From Myxococcales bacterium (GTDB taxonomy: Bacteria; Myxococcota; UBA727; JABDBI01): a stretch of 38,150 nt of DNA. Where the stretch lies: assembly GCA_023248655.1 (NCBI GenBank), contig JAHFEE010000001.1, forward strand, positions 1,543 through 39,692, written 5' to 3'. The position numbers and the translations under genes are program-made. Of the stretch, positions 1-10,911 are shown in pieces. A model generated the notes under the pieces. The model did not search any database, was not told the origin of the DNA, and saw only the letters and a program-made list of their open reading frames with translations. Each line of letters starts with the position of its first letter. The first letter of the stretch is position 1.

Positions 1-2588
<2,588 letters not shown>

Positions 2589-2670
2589 CCAGATATTTCA
2601 AAATCAAGGTTGTTGAGTTTTGTTGTTAAGATTGTTATTTAATTATTGTTCGTTTATTGATTATCTAGTT

Positions 2671-2787
2671 TCCGGTGGCTATAGCAGCAGGGACACACCC
2701 GATCTCATCTCGAACTCGGAAGTTAAGTCTGTATGCGCCAATGGTACTGCACGGTAGGCCGTGTGGGAGAGTAGGTTGTTGCCGGAT
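2671..2787 (+). rRNA. rrf: 5S ribosomal RNA
   Basis: About 117 nt. The 5' tccggtggc pairs with the 3' gttgccgga. Internal conserved ccgaactcggaagttaag and gggagagtagg motifs are present. It lies about 80 nt downstream of the 23S 3' end. Confidence 0.93.
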
Positions 2788-2791
2788 CTTT

Positions 2792-2824
2792 CCCCCTTGG
2801 AGAAATTCAAGGGGGGTTTTTTAT
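2792..2824 (+). terminator. Rho-independent terminator of the rRNA operon
   Basis: Stem cccccttg (2792-2799), loop gagaaatt, stem caaggggg (2808-2815), followed by gttttttatt. It sits immediately after the 5S gene. Confidence 0.8.
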
Positions 2825-2828
2825 TGCT

Positions 2829-3305
2829 ATGAATAATGTACGCATAATTGGCATCGATCCGGGAGCAAGGAAAGTTGGAATTGGTATTATTGATTCAACT
2901 TTTACAAGTGGTTCAATTAAGCCTGTTTTTATTAAAACTATACGTTTAAATCTAGAAACTACACTTTCTGAAAGATTAACAGAACTTTTTAATTCTCTTA
3001 TGATTATTCTTAACGAATACAAACCGCATAAAGCTGCCGTTGAAGATATTTTCGTTAATAAAAAAAACCTACGTTCTTCTCTTATTCTTGGGCAGGCAAG
3101 AGGTGTTATATTGTTGGCTCTGGGCTTGATGAAAATTACAATTATTGATTTGTCGCCTCAAAATATTAAAAAAGGGGTTACTGGAGATTCACTGGCAAGC
3201 AAGATCAAGGTTGCGGAAATGGTTAAAAATATTTTAAAATTGAAAAACCGTCCGCCAGAAGATGCTGCAGATGCTTTAGCTATGGCGATTTTAAGCGTAA
3301 GGTAA
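2829..3305 (+). CDS. ruvC: Crossover junction endodeoxyribonuclease RuvC
   Basis: 158 aa. The N-terminus IIGIDPGARKVGIGII carries the RuvC catalytic Asp motif. The C-terminal DAADALAMAI motif and the length are typical of RuvC. Confidence 0.9.
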   Translation: MNNVRIIGIDPGARKVGIGIIDSTFTSGSIKPVFIKTIRLNLETTLSERLTELFNSLMIILNEYKPHKAAVEDIFVNKKNLRSSLILGQARGVILLALGLMKITIIDLSPQNIKKGVTGDSLASKIKVAEMVKNILKLKNRPPEDAADALAMAILSVR

Positions 3306-3377
3306 AAATTATTTGTTCAATGTTTTTTGTTTAATATTCTTTTTAAAACCTTGGTTTTTTAAAATAATTTGCTTCCG

Positions 3378-4085
3378 TCATTCCTTTAATTGTTTATTCT
3401 TAGAAGTAATTGGGAAAGCGCTTATTTTTCTTTTTAATTCTATTAAAGCTTGGTTTTCTATTGCGGGTTGCTCTAATTTTTTAAATTCTGCAAGTAAATG
3501 ATCACTATGAATTTCTTCCGCTAATTCAGCGGTTGCGTCGGCTTCTGCTTCTATTTGAAGAATTTTTTTCTCCATTCGCTCCATAGTGTCCATCGCGCTA
3601 TTTGGATACAGGGTACTCATAGTTTCAGTAATGTTTTTTTGTGCCTGCGCTCTTCTTACCCTTGCTATCAATAAGTCTTTCTGGCGTTTTACATCTGAAA
3701 GTTTGATGCTTAATTTAGATAATCCATCCTTTAATTGATCAACAGATCTTTTCTGAGCTCTCCAATTCTCTTCGAAACTGGCCGCTAACCTTATGTGTTC
3801 GGTCTGACGTTGAAGCGCCTGACTTGCAAGGGTATCATTTCCCTGCTGAACGGCCAAAATAGCCCTTTGTTCCCATTCGATTGCACTTTGACGCTCTTTT
3901 TCGTATTCTTGAATAAGTCGTTTTTCGTCTGCAATAGCAATTGCAACTTGTCTTTTTGCAGTCATTAATTGTTCTTGCATATTAATCAATGTTTGATTTA
4001 ACATTTTTTCCGGATCTTCTGCTAAACCTATAATATGATTAATCTGTGATTTAATCATTGTTAAAAAGCGTTTCAAAATTTCCAT
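3378..4085 (-). CDS. pspA: PspA/IM30 family (phage shock protein A-like) coiled-coil protein
   Basis: 235 aa. The N-terminal pattern L.R....I.S.IN..I..AEDPEKML.Q.I..M...L is characteristic of PspA/IM30, and the protein has a heptad-rich coiled-coil composition. A GGAGA Shine-Dalgarno lies upstream of the ATG. Confidence 0.85.
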   Translation of the reverse strand: MEILKRFLTMIKSQINHIIGLAEDPEKMLNQTLINMQEQLMTAKRQVAIAIADEKRLIQEYEKERQSAIEWEQRAILAVQQGNDTLASQALQRQTEHIRLAASFEENWRAQKRSVDQLKDGLSKLSIKLSDVKRQKDLLIARVRRAQAQKNITETMSTLYPNSAMDTMERMEKKILQIEAEADATAELAEEIHSDHLLAEFKKLEQPAIENQALIELKRKISAFPITSKNKQLKE

Positions 4086-4148
4086 TGTTCATATTTCTCC
4101 ATTACTGGTGGTATTATTTCATAAGACTTAAAAATGTCCATATAAACA

Positions 4149-5231
4149 TTAATATTTATATGCTTTTTCCAGCAATGTTTCAAAAATTGTAGATATAATG
4201 CTAATTGTCGGCACTGCTAGCAATGCTCCAAGTATTCCATAATAATGTTCACCGGTTATAAGCGCTAGTATTACAAGCAGTGGATGAATCTTGGCTGAAT
4301 TTCCAATAATTTTTGGATTTAAAATATTTGCCTCCAACGCATGAACAATAACAATCCACAAAACCGCCAGAATGCAAGTGTTTACTGAATTCATAAGCGC
4401 TACAAGTGCAATTGGAACAGTACTTAAAATGCTTCCAAATATCGGAATTATGCTTAATATTCCAGCTAAGCTAGCAAGCACAAGGGCAAATTTAATATTA
4501 AGCGTAATTAAACCAATCAAAGTTAAAACGGCGTTAACTAAACAAATTATAAATTGTCCCCTTATTACACCAGAAAGACCTGAGTCTACTTTATCTAAAA
4601 ATATTTCAAAGGCTGCACGATGTTTTGGAATTATAAGGTAAACAAAAAAATTTCGAATTTTTTTTGCATCAATTAATATAAAACCAGCAATCATTAACAC
4701 TAATACAAAATTAAACGCAAATCCAAATATTCTTTGTGCTAGCATTTGGACTTCTGAAATAAAATTTATTAGTTGTGTTCTTATAAAATCAGATATCTGA
4801 GTAGTTGTAGAATGTAATAGTTGAATTAAATCCAACTCTCCAATTGAAAATTTATAATACTTAAAATAATGAAGCAATTTATCAGTTACATTTAGCAAAT
4901 GTGCTTCTTTGTACAAATTTAAATCTTCACCAATTACTTTTCCAAGTTTTGAAAGTTCCAAATAAAGTTCCGGTAAAAATATTGTTAAAAATGTATATAC
5001 TGCTATTCCTAGTAGGATGTACACTATCAATACAGTGGTAAACTTTGGTAATTTTTTACCTTTAATTTCGAATTTGCTAATTTTTGATATTAATGGATTT
5101 AGAATATAGGCAACGAATATTGCCAATACGAAAGGTAAAAGAATTTTAAGTAGAAAAATTATGCTTAATATTAAAAAAAGCCATAAACAAGAAAGAATTA
5201 AAATTTGTTGATATTTCTTGATAAAGTCCAT
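4149..5231 (-). CDS. AI-2E family transporter (PerM/UPF0118-like permease)
   Basis: 360 aa, with about 8 hydrophobic segments. The C-terminal region (...LNPKIIGNSAKIHPLLVILALI.GE...G..GALLAVP) matches the conserved AI-2E family tail. An AGGAGA Shine-Dalgarno lies upstream. Confidence 0.8.
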   Translation of the reverse strand: MDFIKKYQQILILSCLWLFLILSIIFLLKILLPFVLAIFVAYILNPLISKISKFEIKGKKLPKFTTVLIVYILLGIAVYTFLTIFLPELYLELSKLGKVIGEDLNLYKEAHLLNVTDKLLHYFKYYKFSIGELDLIQLLHSTTTQISDFIRTQLINFISEVQMLAQRIFGFAFNFVLVLMIAGFILIDAKKIRNFFVYLIIPKHRAAFEIFLDKVDSGLSGVIRGQFIICLVNAVLTLIGLITLNIKFALVLASLAGILSIIPIFGSILSTVPIALVALMNSVNTCILAVLWIVIVHALEANILNPKIIGNSAKIHPLLVILALITGEHYYGILGALLAVPTISIISTIFETLLEKAYKY

Positions 5232-5744
5232 TTCTTTGTCTCCTATTCGCTCTTTGGTAAAATCGATTACAAATTGTCTAACATTTTAAATGCAAATTTC
5301 AATCTAATGATATTATGATTTTTTTATTTTGCGCGTATTTTGAAATAGAATCTGCAACGAAATTAATGCTTTTTAGTTTCGTTTTGCGTGATATTTTGTA
5401 AATAATTAAAACAGGGAATGATTTGAAATGATTCGTTTGTTATAAATATAAATCAACACTATATTGTAGCGAGTAATATGAAAACTATAAATAAGACAAA
5501 TTATAAATATATAAAATTATGTAACAAATTTTGTGAAAGATTATATTTGAGTTTCATGTATTTTACGAATAAGTTATCCATATGCCGTTCTAGGGTATAA
5601 AAATTATATGGGTATAAAAATGAATGATATTATTTAAAAGGATTAAATTCAGCATATGTTTTTATCAGGATGGTTGATATAAAATAAAAATAAATAATAA
5701 ATTTTGAAATCGATTAACTTACATTTATAAAGTGTTTTACTTTC

Positions 5745-5788
5745 AAAAAATTAATTACAATTTAATGAAATAATGTAATTAATTTTTT
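5745..5788. promoter_or_regulatory. Perfect 15-bp inverted repeat with a 14-nt spacer upstream of epmA
   Basis: aaaaaattaattaca (5745-5759) pairs with tgtaattaatttttt (5774-5788), verified as an exact reverse complement. It ends 39 nt before the epmA TTG start. Confidence 0.5.
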
Positions 5789-5827
5789 GATGTTTTAATA
5801 ATCATAAATCCAGAAAGGAATTTTCAA

Positions 5828-6724
5828 TTGAAACTTAAAGAACGCCATTTCTTCAAACAGATTGTTAGAAGTTATTTCAATATGCAAGGATTTGTTGAAA
5901 TTGATTCACCTGTATTGCTTTCGACCAACACAACAGAAACCTATATTGATCCAATATGGGTAAATAATAATCAATTAAGAACTAGTCCTGAAATATATTT
6001 GAAAAGAATAATTTCTAGAGGATACAAAAAAGCATATGAATTAGGACATGTTTTTAGAGACGAATTCGAAGGAAGAATTCATTTAAGAGAATTTAGCTTA
6101 TTGGAGTGGTACAGAGTAAACGGAACTCAGAATGATCTCATAAATGACTGCGAGCAATTATTTAGATTATTAAGCCCAAATTTATTCAATAAACCTTTTG
6201 AAATATTTACCTTAGAAGAACTGTGGTATAAATATGTTGGAATAAATCTAAAGCAAGCAATTGTGGAAAATAACTTAGCTTTTCATGTTAAAAAATCTGG
6301 ATTTCATGTTTATGAAAATGCAGATTTTTTAGATGCGTTTCATCATGTAATGATATCTTACATCGAACCCTTTATTGGACAAACTACGCCATGCGTAGTA
6401 ACCAGATGGCCAAGCAGTATGGCTGCTTTATCTAAAACATGTGAAGATGATAATCTCTTCTCGGATCGTTTTGAAATTTATTTTAATGGAATCGAATTAG
6501 CTAATGCTTTTCTGGAGTTGACGGATTTTATTGAGCAAAAAAAACGTTTTATTGAAGCCGAAAAAATCAGAAAACGATTAGGTAGAAAATCATCAAAAAT
6601 AGATAAGGAATTTTTACTTGATTTAAAACTAATGCCTCCAACTGCTGGAATCGCTGTTGGATTCGATAGATTAATAATGATTATTCTAAATATTGAAAAT
6701 ATTAACAATATATATAAATTTTAA
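5828..6724 (+). CDS. epmA: EF-P lysine aminoacylase EpmA/GenX/PoxA-like (truncated class II LysRS paralog without an anticodon-binding domain)
   Basis: 298 aa. Class II aaRS motifs are present: motif 2-like FRDEFEGRIHLREFSLLEWY and motif 3-like GIAVGFDRLIMI. The size and the absence of an N-terminal OB domain fit EpmA rather than LysRS. TTG start with an AAAGGA Shine-Dalgarno 9 nt upstream. Confidence 0.75.
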   Translation: MKLKERHFFKQIVRSYFNMQGFVEIDSPVLLSTNTTETYIDPIWVNNNQLRTSPEIYLKRIISRGYKKAYELGHVFRDEFEGRIHLREFSLLEWYRVNGTQNDLINDCEQLFRLLSPNLFNKPFEIFTLEELWYKYVGINLKQAIVENNLAFHVKKSGFHVYENADFLDAFHHVMISYIEPFIGQTTPCVVTRWPSSMAALSKTCEDDNLFSDRFEIYFNGIELANAFLELTDFIEQKKRFIEAEKIRKRLGRKSSKIDKEFLLDLKLMPPTAGIAVGFDRLIMIILNIENINNIYKF

Positions 6725-6785
6725 CAAGACCACAGCGAAGCAGAAGAGAAACGGAGAATCTGTAATTTTTTTATTATCTTAAATT

Positions 6786-7241
6786 TTACCCACCAACCAC
6801 GCTTATGGCGATGATTGTTTTTAAATTTGCTGTTAAATTTATTTCAACATCATGAATTCCAACTGTTTTAATTGGAGTATTAACTTTGATATCTTTGTGT
6901 GAAATACTAAATCCATGTTTTGCGAGCATGAATGAAATATCTCTTACCGATATTGATCCAAAAAGCTTTCCACTTTCCCCTGATTTTGATTTTATAATAA
7001 TCTGTATACGAGAGAGATTATTTTTTATGATTTCTGCATCAAGCTGCAATTTGTTACGTTGCTGTTCGGCTTGAATTTTCTGAGATTCCAATTGAACAAG
7101 TCTCGATAATGAGGCCGGCAATGCATATAAATTCGGAAAAAGATAATTACGTGCATATCCTGGCCGCACTCTTACAACATCTCCTGCTCGACCTAACTTG
7201 CCAACATCACGTTTTAGTATTATTTGAATATGATTAGCCAT
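6786..7241 (-). CDS. rplI: 50S ribosomal protein L9
   Basis: 151 aa. The N-terminus IILKRDVGKLGRAGDVVRVRPGYARNYLFP is the canonical L9 signature. It overlaps the rpsF stop by 8 nt. Confidence 0.93.
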   Translation of the reverse strand: MANHIQIILKRDVGKLGRAGDVVRVRPGYARNYLFPNLYALPASLSRLVQLESQKIQAEQQRNKLQLDAEIIKNNLSRIQIIIKSKSGESGKLFGSISVRDISFMLAKHGFSISHKDIKVNTPIKTVGIHDVEINLTANLKTIIAISVVGG

Positions 7242-7743
7242 TTATATTTAAGCTCCTATCTTCGACGTTGTCTTCCTTGATATCTTCCTTGATGCTGTTA
7301 TTGTCAGTATACACTTCCTCGTAAGGTTTATCATTGGATTTGTTATTGTCGGCGGTATTATCAGCGAAACGATGTTGTGCATCCTTGCGTTCCTTTTCTT
7401 TTATGATTGGAACTTCAAGTTGATCAGGTTGTTCTTCACACATTGCTGGATCTATGTTTTTATTCAATAAAACGCTTTGACGCAAAATAACTGTTTCTTC
7501 AATGGCTAATGTTCTTTCATATTCCGTTACCAATCCCGGATTACCAAGATAGCGATGCTGCATATAGATTCCACGTTGATATTTTTTGCGCTCCCATGCT
7601 AGCTTTCTACGACCCAAACAATCTAGTTTAATGCTTTTCCCCCCTTCTCGAAGGATTAGATCTTTCATCCTTAAGGCAAATTCTTTTGCTTTAAGATCAG
7701 TTGTTTCTGGATTTAATACATAGATACTTTCATACTCACGCAT
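7234..7743 (-). CDS. rpsF: 30S ribosomal protein S6 with a long acidic/Asn-rich C-terminal extension
   Basis: 169 aa. The start MREYESIYVLNP... and the ~95-aa N-terminal domain are typical S6. The last ~70 aa are low-complexity and acidic. Confidence 0.9.
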   Translation of the reverse strand: MREYESIYVLNPETTDLKAKEFALRMKDLILREGGKSIKLDCLGRRKLAWERKKYQRGIYMQHRYLGNPGLVTEYERTLAIEETVILRQSVLLNKNIDPAMCEEQPDQLEVPIIKEKERKDAQHRFADNTADNNKSNDKPYEEVYTDNNSIKEDIKEDNVEDRSLNING

Positions 7744-8033
7744 AAGTATCTAATCGAGCATATCTTTATCAAAGAGGCAAGTGGGTGCTGGTAATAATTT
7801 ATGTTATACAATAGGCATAACAATAAATAATATTGTTACGAATTAATTTCATAAATCCAGTAAACAATTAGATTGTGATTTGGAAACATTGATAAGTTTT
7901 ATTGAATATTGAATTTTAAAAATAAATTTAATATCCAATGTGTTAAATATGAAATAATTGACGATATAGACATTAAACAATATTTTATAAAATTACGAAA
8001 TTATGTTATTTTAATAGCGTGCACAAAACACCC

Positions 8034-10391
8034 TTATGTGATGAAGTTAATTATTTTATCTTGTATTATTATTATTTTCTTAATCTGCCCTTCTTGTGAT
8101 AAAATTTTAATTTTATCAAGTTCAAGTGCTTGACTTTTGATCATTTCTTCGGTTTGACCTCTTGATGTTAAAAATTCGGCTCTTTTTTTTCCATTTATCT
8201 GAACAACAATTGTTATTTCGCTTTCGATGCATTGATCTTCATCAAATTTTGGCCATTCTGCGTTTGCCACAAATCCATCATTTCCAAGTTTTTCCCAAAT
8301 TTCCTCAGCAATGTGTGGAGCATATGGTGAAAGAATTTTAATAAAAGTACACAGTATTTCCCTTGGAAGGATTGGAGCGGAGGTTGCCTCGTTAACAAAA
8401 ATCATCAATTGTGCTATCACTGTATTAAATTTTAATTCAATGGTTCGCTCTGATGAAAATTTAATTGTTTTGTTAAGTGTTTTCCAAAGTTTTGGACATG
8501 ATTTTCCATTAATATTGGATAAATTTCGCAGTGACATTCTCCAGACACGTTGTATGAATCGATAAACGCCTTCCAGTCCGCTGGTTTCCCATTGTTTAAC
8601 TTGATCAAGAGGCCCCATGAAAAGCTCATATAGACGCATAGCATCTGCTCCGTATTTATCTATTACCTCGTCCGGATTGATTACATTGTATCTAGACTTA
8701 GACATTTTTTCAATTTGAGTTTTTACAATTTTATTATTCTCTTTAATGTAATAATTTTGACCTATTTGACTAACTTGCTCAGGAAAATAATACTTTCCAT
8801 TTTCATCTTGATAACTGTTTGAAAGAATCATTCCTTGATTAAATAATTTTTTAAACGGCTCTTTGGTCGAAACAACCCCACAATCATAAAGCACCTTATG
8901 CCAAAATCGAGCATATAGAAGATGTAAAACCGCGTGCTCAACGCCGCCAATATACAGATCAACTGGCATCCAATATTTTTCAATTTCTGAATTGCATAAA
9001 TTGAATGAATTATTTGGATCCAAATATCGCAAATAGTACCAACATGACCCGGCCCATTGCGGCATAGTGTTTGTTTCTCGCTTGGCAATTGTTCCGTCGG
9101 TTTGCAATACCTCTAGCCAGTCTTTCGTCGCTCTTGCAAGCGGAGGCTCACAATTTCCGGTAGATCTGTATTCATCAATGGCCGGTAGCAGAACAGGAAG
9201 TTCTTCTTCGTTTAAAATTTTAATTGTGTCATCTGACAAAATTAAAACAGGAAACGGTTCTCCCCAATATCGCTGTCGTGAAAAAAGCCAATCCCTGAGT
9301 CTGTAATTGACTTTCTCAATTCCGACATAATCAATTTTATTTATAATTTCGTAATCAATAATTGGAAGATTGTGTAATTTGGCAAATATGTTATCTTTCT
9401 TGTTGATTTTTGGGACTGCCATTATTGCCATTTCGTCAATTTCATTAATATAATCAGCACACCATAATGGTAGTCTTTTTTTATTTACGGGATGAATTAC
9501 ATATTTTCCAGTAAAATATCCAAAATTCTCACTATCCAATTTAAGCATTTTAAATCTTTCTAAATTTAATTTTTCAATTAAATGATGCTTGGACGATATG
9601 ACGCAAAACGTGCATCCGTTTATTGCTTCCGGGTTAGCAGTGTAAATTTTAAGTTTTTCATCTTGGTTTTCAATTTGCAAATCTATTTCATATTTTACAG
9701 ATTTTCCTATCCAATTACGCTGCATTTCTTTCACGTTTTCGGGCCAATCTACGTCATCAAGATCAACCAATAGACGTTCAGCGTACGCAGTTATTCTGAG
9801 CATCCATTGACGCATAACTCTACGTTCAACAGGATCTCCGGTTTCAATGTATTTATTGTCCTTGATTTCTTCATTTGCTAAAACTGTTCCAAGTTTTTGA
9901 CACCAATTGACCTCCACATTTTCTAAATATGCCAGCCCCTTTTTATATAATTTTAAAAAAATCCATTGAGTCCATTTGTAATAATCTGGATTCGATGTAT
10001 CAATTTCCCGTGACCAGTCATAGCTAAAACCAAGGCGTTTAATTTGTTTCTTAAAGTTGCCAATGTTGCGTTTAGTTATAATTGCTGGATGGGTATTTTC
10101 TCTAACAGCAGCTCGCTCTGTTGGTAACCCGAAAGCATCCCAACCCATTGGATGAAGTACATTGAAACCCTGCATGCGTTTAATGCGTGCGATTACATCA
10201 GTTGCAGTATAACCCTCCGGATGTCCAACATGTAAACCGGATCCAGATGGGTATGGAAACATATCGAGAATATAATATTTAGGTTTTTTGTGTAATTCCT
10301 CGAGATTTTGAGATACTTTAAATATCCCAGATTGCTCCCACTTGTTTTGCCATTTCAACTCTACTTCAGAGAATATGTAAGAGTTTATCAT
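8034..10391 (-). CDS. leuS: Leucyl-tRNA synthetase
   Basis: 785 aa. Contains the HIGH-type motif (PYPSGSGLHVGHPEGY), KMSKS, and the LeuRS-specific blocks NWIGKS and VNYRLRDWLFSRQRYWGEPFP. The N-terminus aligns with bacterial LeuRS. Confidence 0.97.
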   Translation of the reverse strand: MINSYIFSEVELKWQNKWEQSGIFKVSQNLEELHKKPKYYILDMFPYPSGSGLHVGHPEGYTATDVIARIKRMQGFNVLHPMGWDAFGLPTERAAVRENTHPAIITKRNIGNFKKQIKRLGFSYDWSREIDTSNPDYYKWTQWIFLKLYKKGLAYLENVEVNWCQKLGTVLANEEIKDNKYIETGDPVERRVMRQWMLRITAYAERLLVDLDDVDWPENVKEMQRNWIGKSVKYEIDLQIENQDEKLKIYTANPEAINGCTFCVISSKHHLIEKLNLERFKMLKLDSENFGYFTGKYVIHPVNKKRLPLWCADYINEIDEMAIMAVPKINKKDNIFAKLHNLPIIDYEIINKIDYVGIEKVNYRLRDWLFSRQRYWGEPFPVLILSDDTIKILNEEELPVLLPAIDEYRSTGNCEPPLARATKDWLEVLQTDGTIAKRETNTMPQWAGSCWYYLRYLDPNNSFNLCNSEIEKYWMPVDLYIGGVEHAVLHLLYARFWHKVLYDCGVVSTKEPFKKLFNQGMILSNSYQDENGKYYFPEQVSQIGQNYYIKENNKIVKTQIEKMSKSRYNVINPDEVIDKYGADAMRLYELFMGPLDQVKQWETSGLEGVYRFIQRVWRMSLRNLSNINGKSCPKLWKTLNKTIKFSSERTIELKFNTVIAQLMIFVNEATSAPILPREILCTFIKILSPYAPHIAEEIWEKLGNDGFVANAEWPKFDEDQCIESEITIVVQINGKKRAEFLTSRGQTEEMIKSQALELDKIKILSQEGQIKKIIIIQDKIINFIT

Positions 10392-10402
10392 AATATAGAT
10401 TA

Positions 10403-10476
10403 TGGCGAGAGGGGGAATCGAACCCCCGACCTATGGATTATGAGACCATCGCTCTGGCCTTCTGAGCTACCTCGCC
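10403..10476 (-). tRNA. tRNA with CAT anticodon (elongator Met, or Ile2 if lysidine-modified); CCA not encoded
   Basis: The reverse complement folds as GGCGAGG TA GCTC AGAAGGCCA GAGC G ATGGT CTCATAA TCCAT AGGTC GGGGG TTCGATT CCCCC TCTCGCC A. The 1-72 pair is formed and there is no GGG/CCC anticodon stem, so it is not an initiator tRNA. Confidence 0.85.
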
Positions 10477-10547
10477 ATTTAAGTAATCTAATATTCATGC
10501 AAATATCACAATCTATCGCAACACCTTGCAGTATCAGATTAAACAAA

Positions 10548-10901
10548 TTAAGCTACTAGCTCAATTATGGAAAGAGGTGCCGCATCTCCTTTTCTGTATC
10601 CATTTTTAAAAATGCGCGTATAACCACCGTTTCTAGACAGATAATTAGGAGCAATTTCATTAAATAGTTTACTTAAAACGTCTCGTTCTCTAATAATGCG
10701 ATAAGCTTGACGGCGTGCATGTAAATCTCCACGTTTTCCAAGTTGGATCAAATTTTCTGCAATGCAACGTAAATCTTTAGCTTTTGCAGTTGTAGTCTCT
10801 ATTTGACCATGTTTAAATAGAGACACGGCCAAATTTGAAAACATGGCTTTTCTGTGCGAAGAAGTACGATTTAGCTTTCTTCCTTTATTTAAATGTCGCA
10901 T
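10548..10901 (-). CDS. rplQ: 50S ribosomal protein L17
   Basis: 117 aa, starting [25 protein letters not shown]..., the canonical L17 N-terminus. It lies directly downstream of rpoA. Confidence 0.95.
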   Translation of the reverse strand: MRHLNKGRKLNRTSSHRKAMFSNLAVSLFKHGQIETTTAKAKDLRCIAENLIQLGKRGDLHARRQAYRIIRERDVLSKLFNEIAPNYLSRNGGYTRIFKNGYRKGDAAPLSIIELVA

Positions 10902-10911
10902 ATGTCAAATC

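Noticed and set aside
2807-3022. 71-aa minus-strand ORF overlapping the ruvC 5' end and the rRNA terminator
   Set aside because: It is antisense to a well-supported ruvC, has no family resemblance, and would start inside ruvC.
3345-3360. aaaacc-tt-ggtttt palindrome between the convergent ruvC and pspA genes as a bidirectional terminator
   Set aside because: The stem is only 5-6 bp and almost entirely A/U, with a minimal loop. That is too weak to call a terminator from sequence alone.
3313-3501. 62-aa plus-strand ORF downstream of ruvC
   Set aside because: It overlaps the 3' end of pspA in antisense. Its Phe/Leu/Ile-rich composition is typical of AT-rich antisense frames.
5232-5827. oriC / DnaA-box cluster in the long AT-rich spacers (also checked in 12951-13334, 30495-31282 and 36148-36700)
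   Set aside because: Only isolated one-mismatch matches to TTATCCACA were seen (e.g. ttatccata near 5574). There is no cluster of boxes, and no dnaA, dnaN or gidA neighbours.
7909-8133. 74-aa plus-strand ORF in the rpsF-leuS spacer that runs into the leuS 3' end
   Set aside because: It has a low-complexity Ile/Lys/Asn composition, overlaps the leuS C-terminus in antisense, and has no ribosome-binding site.
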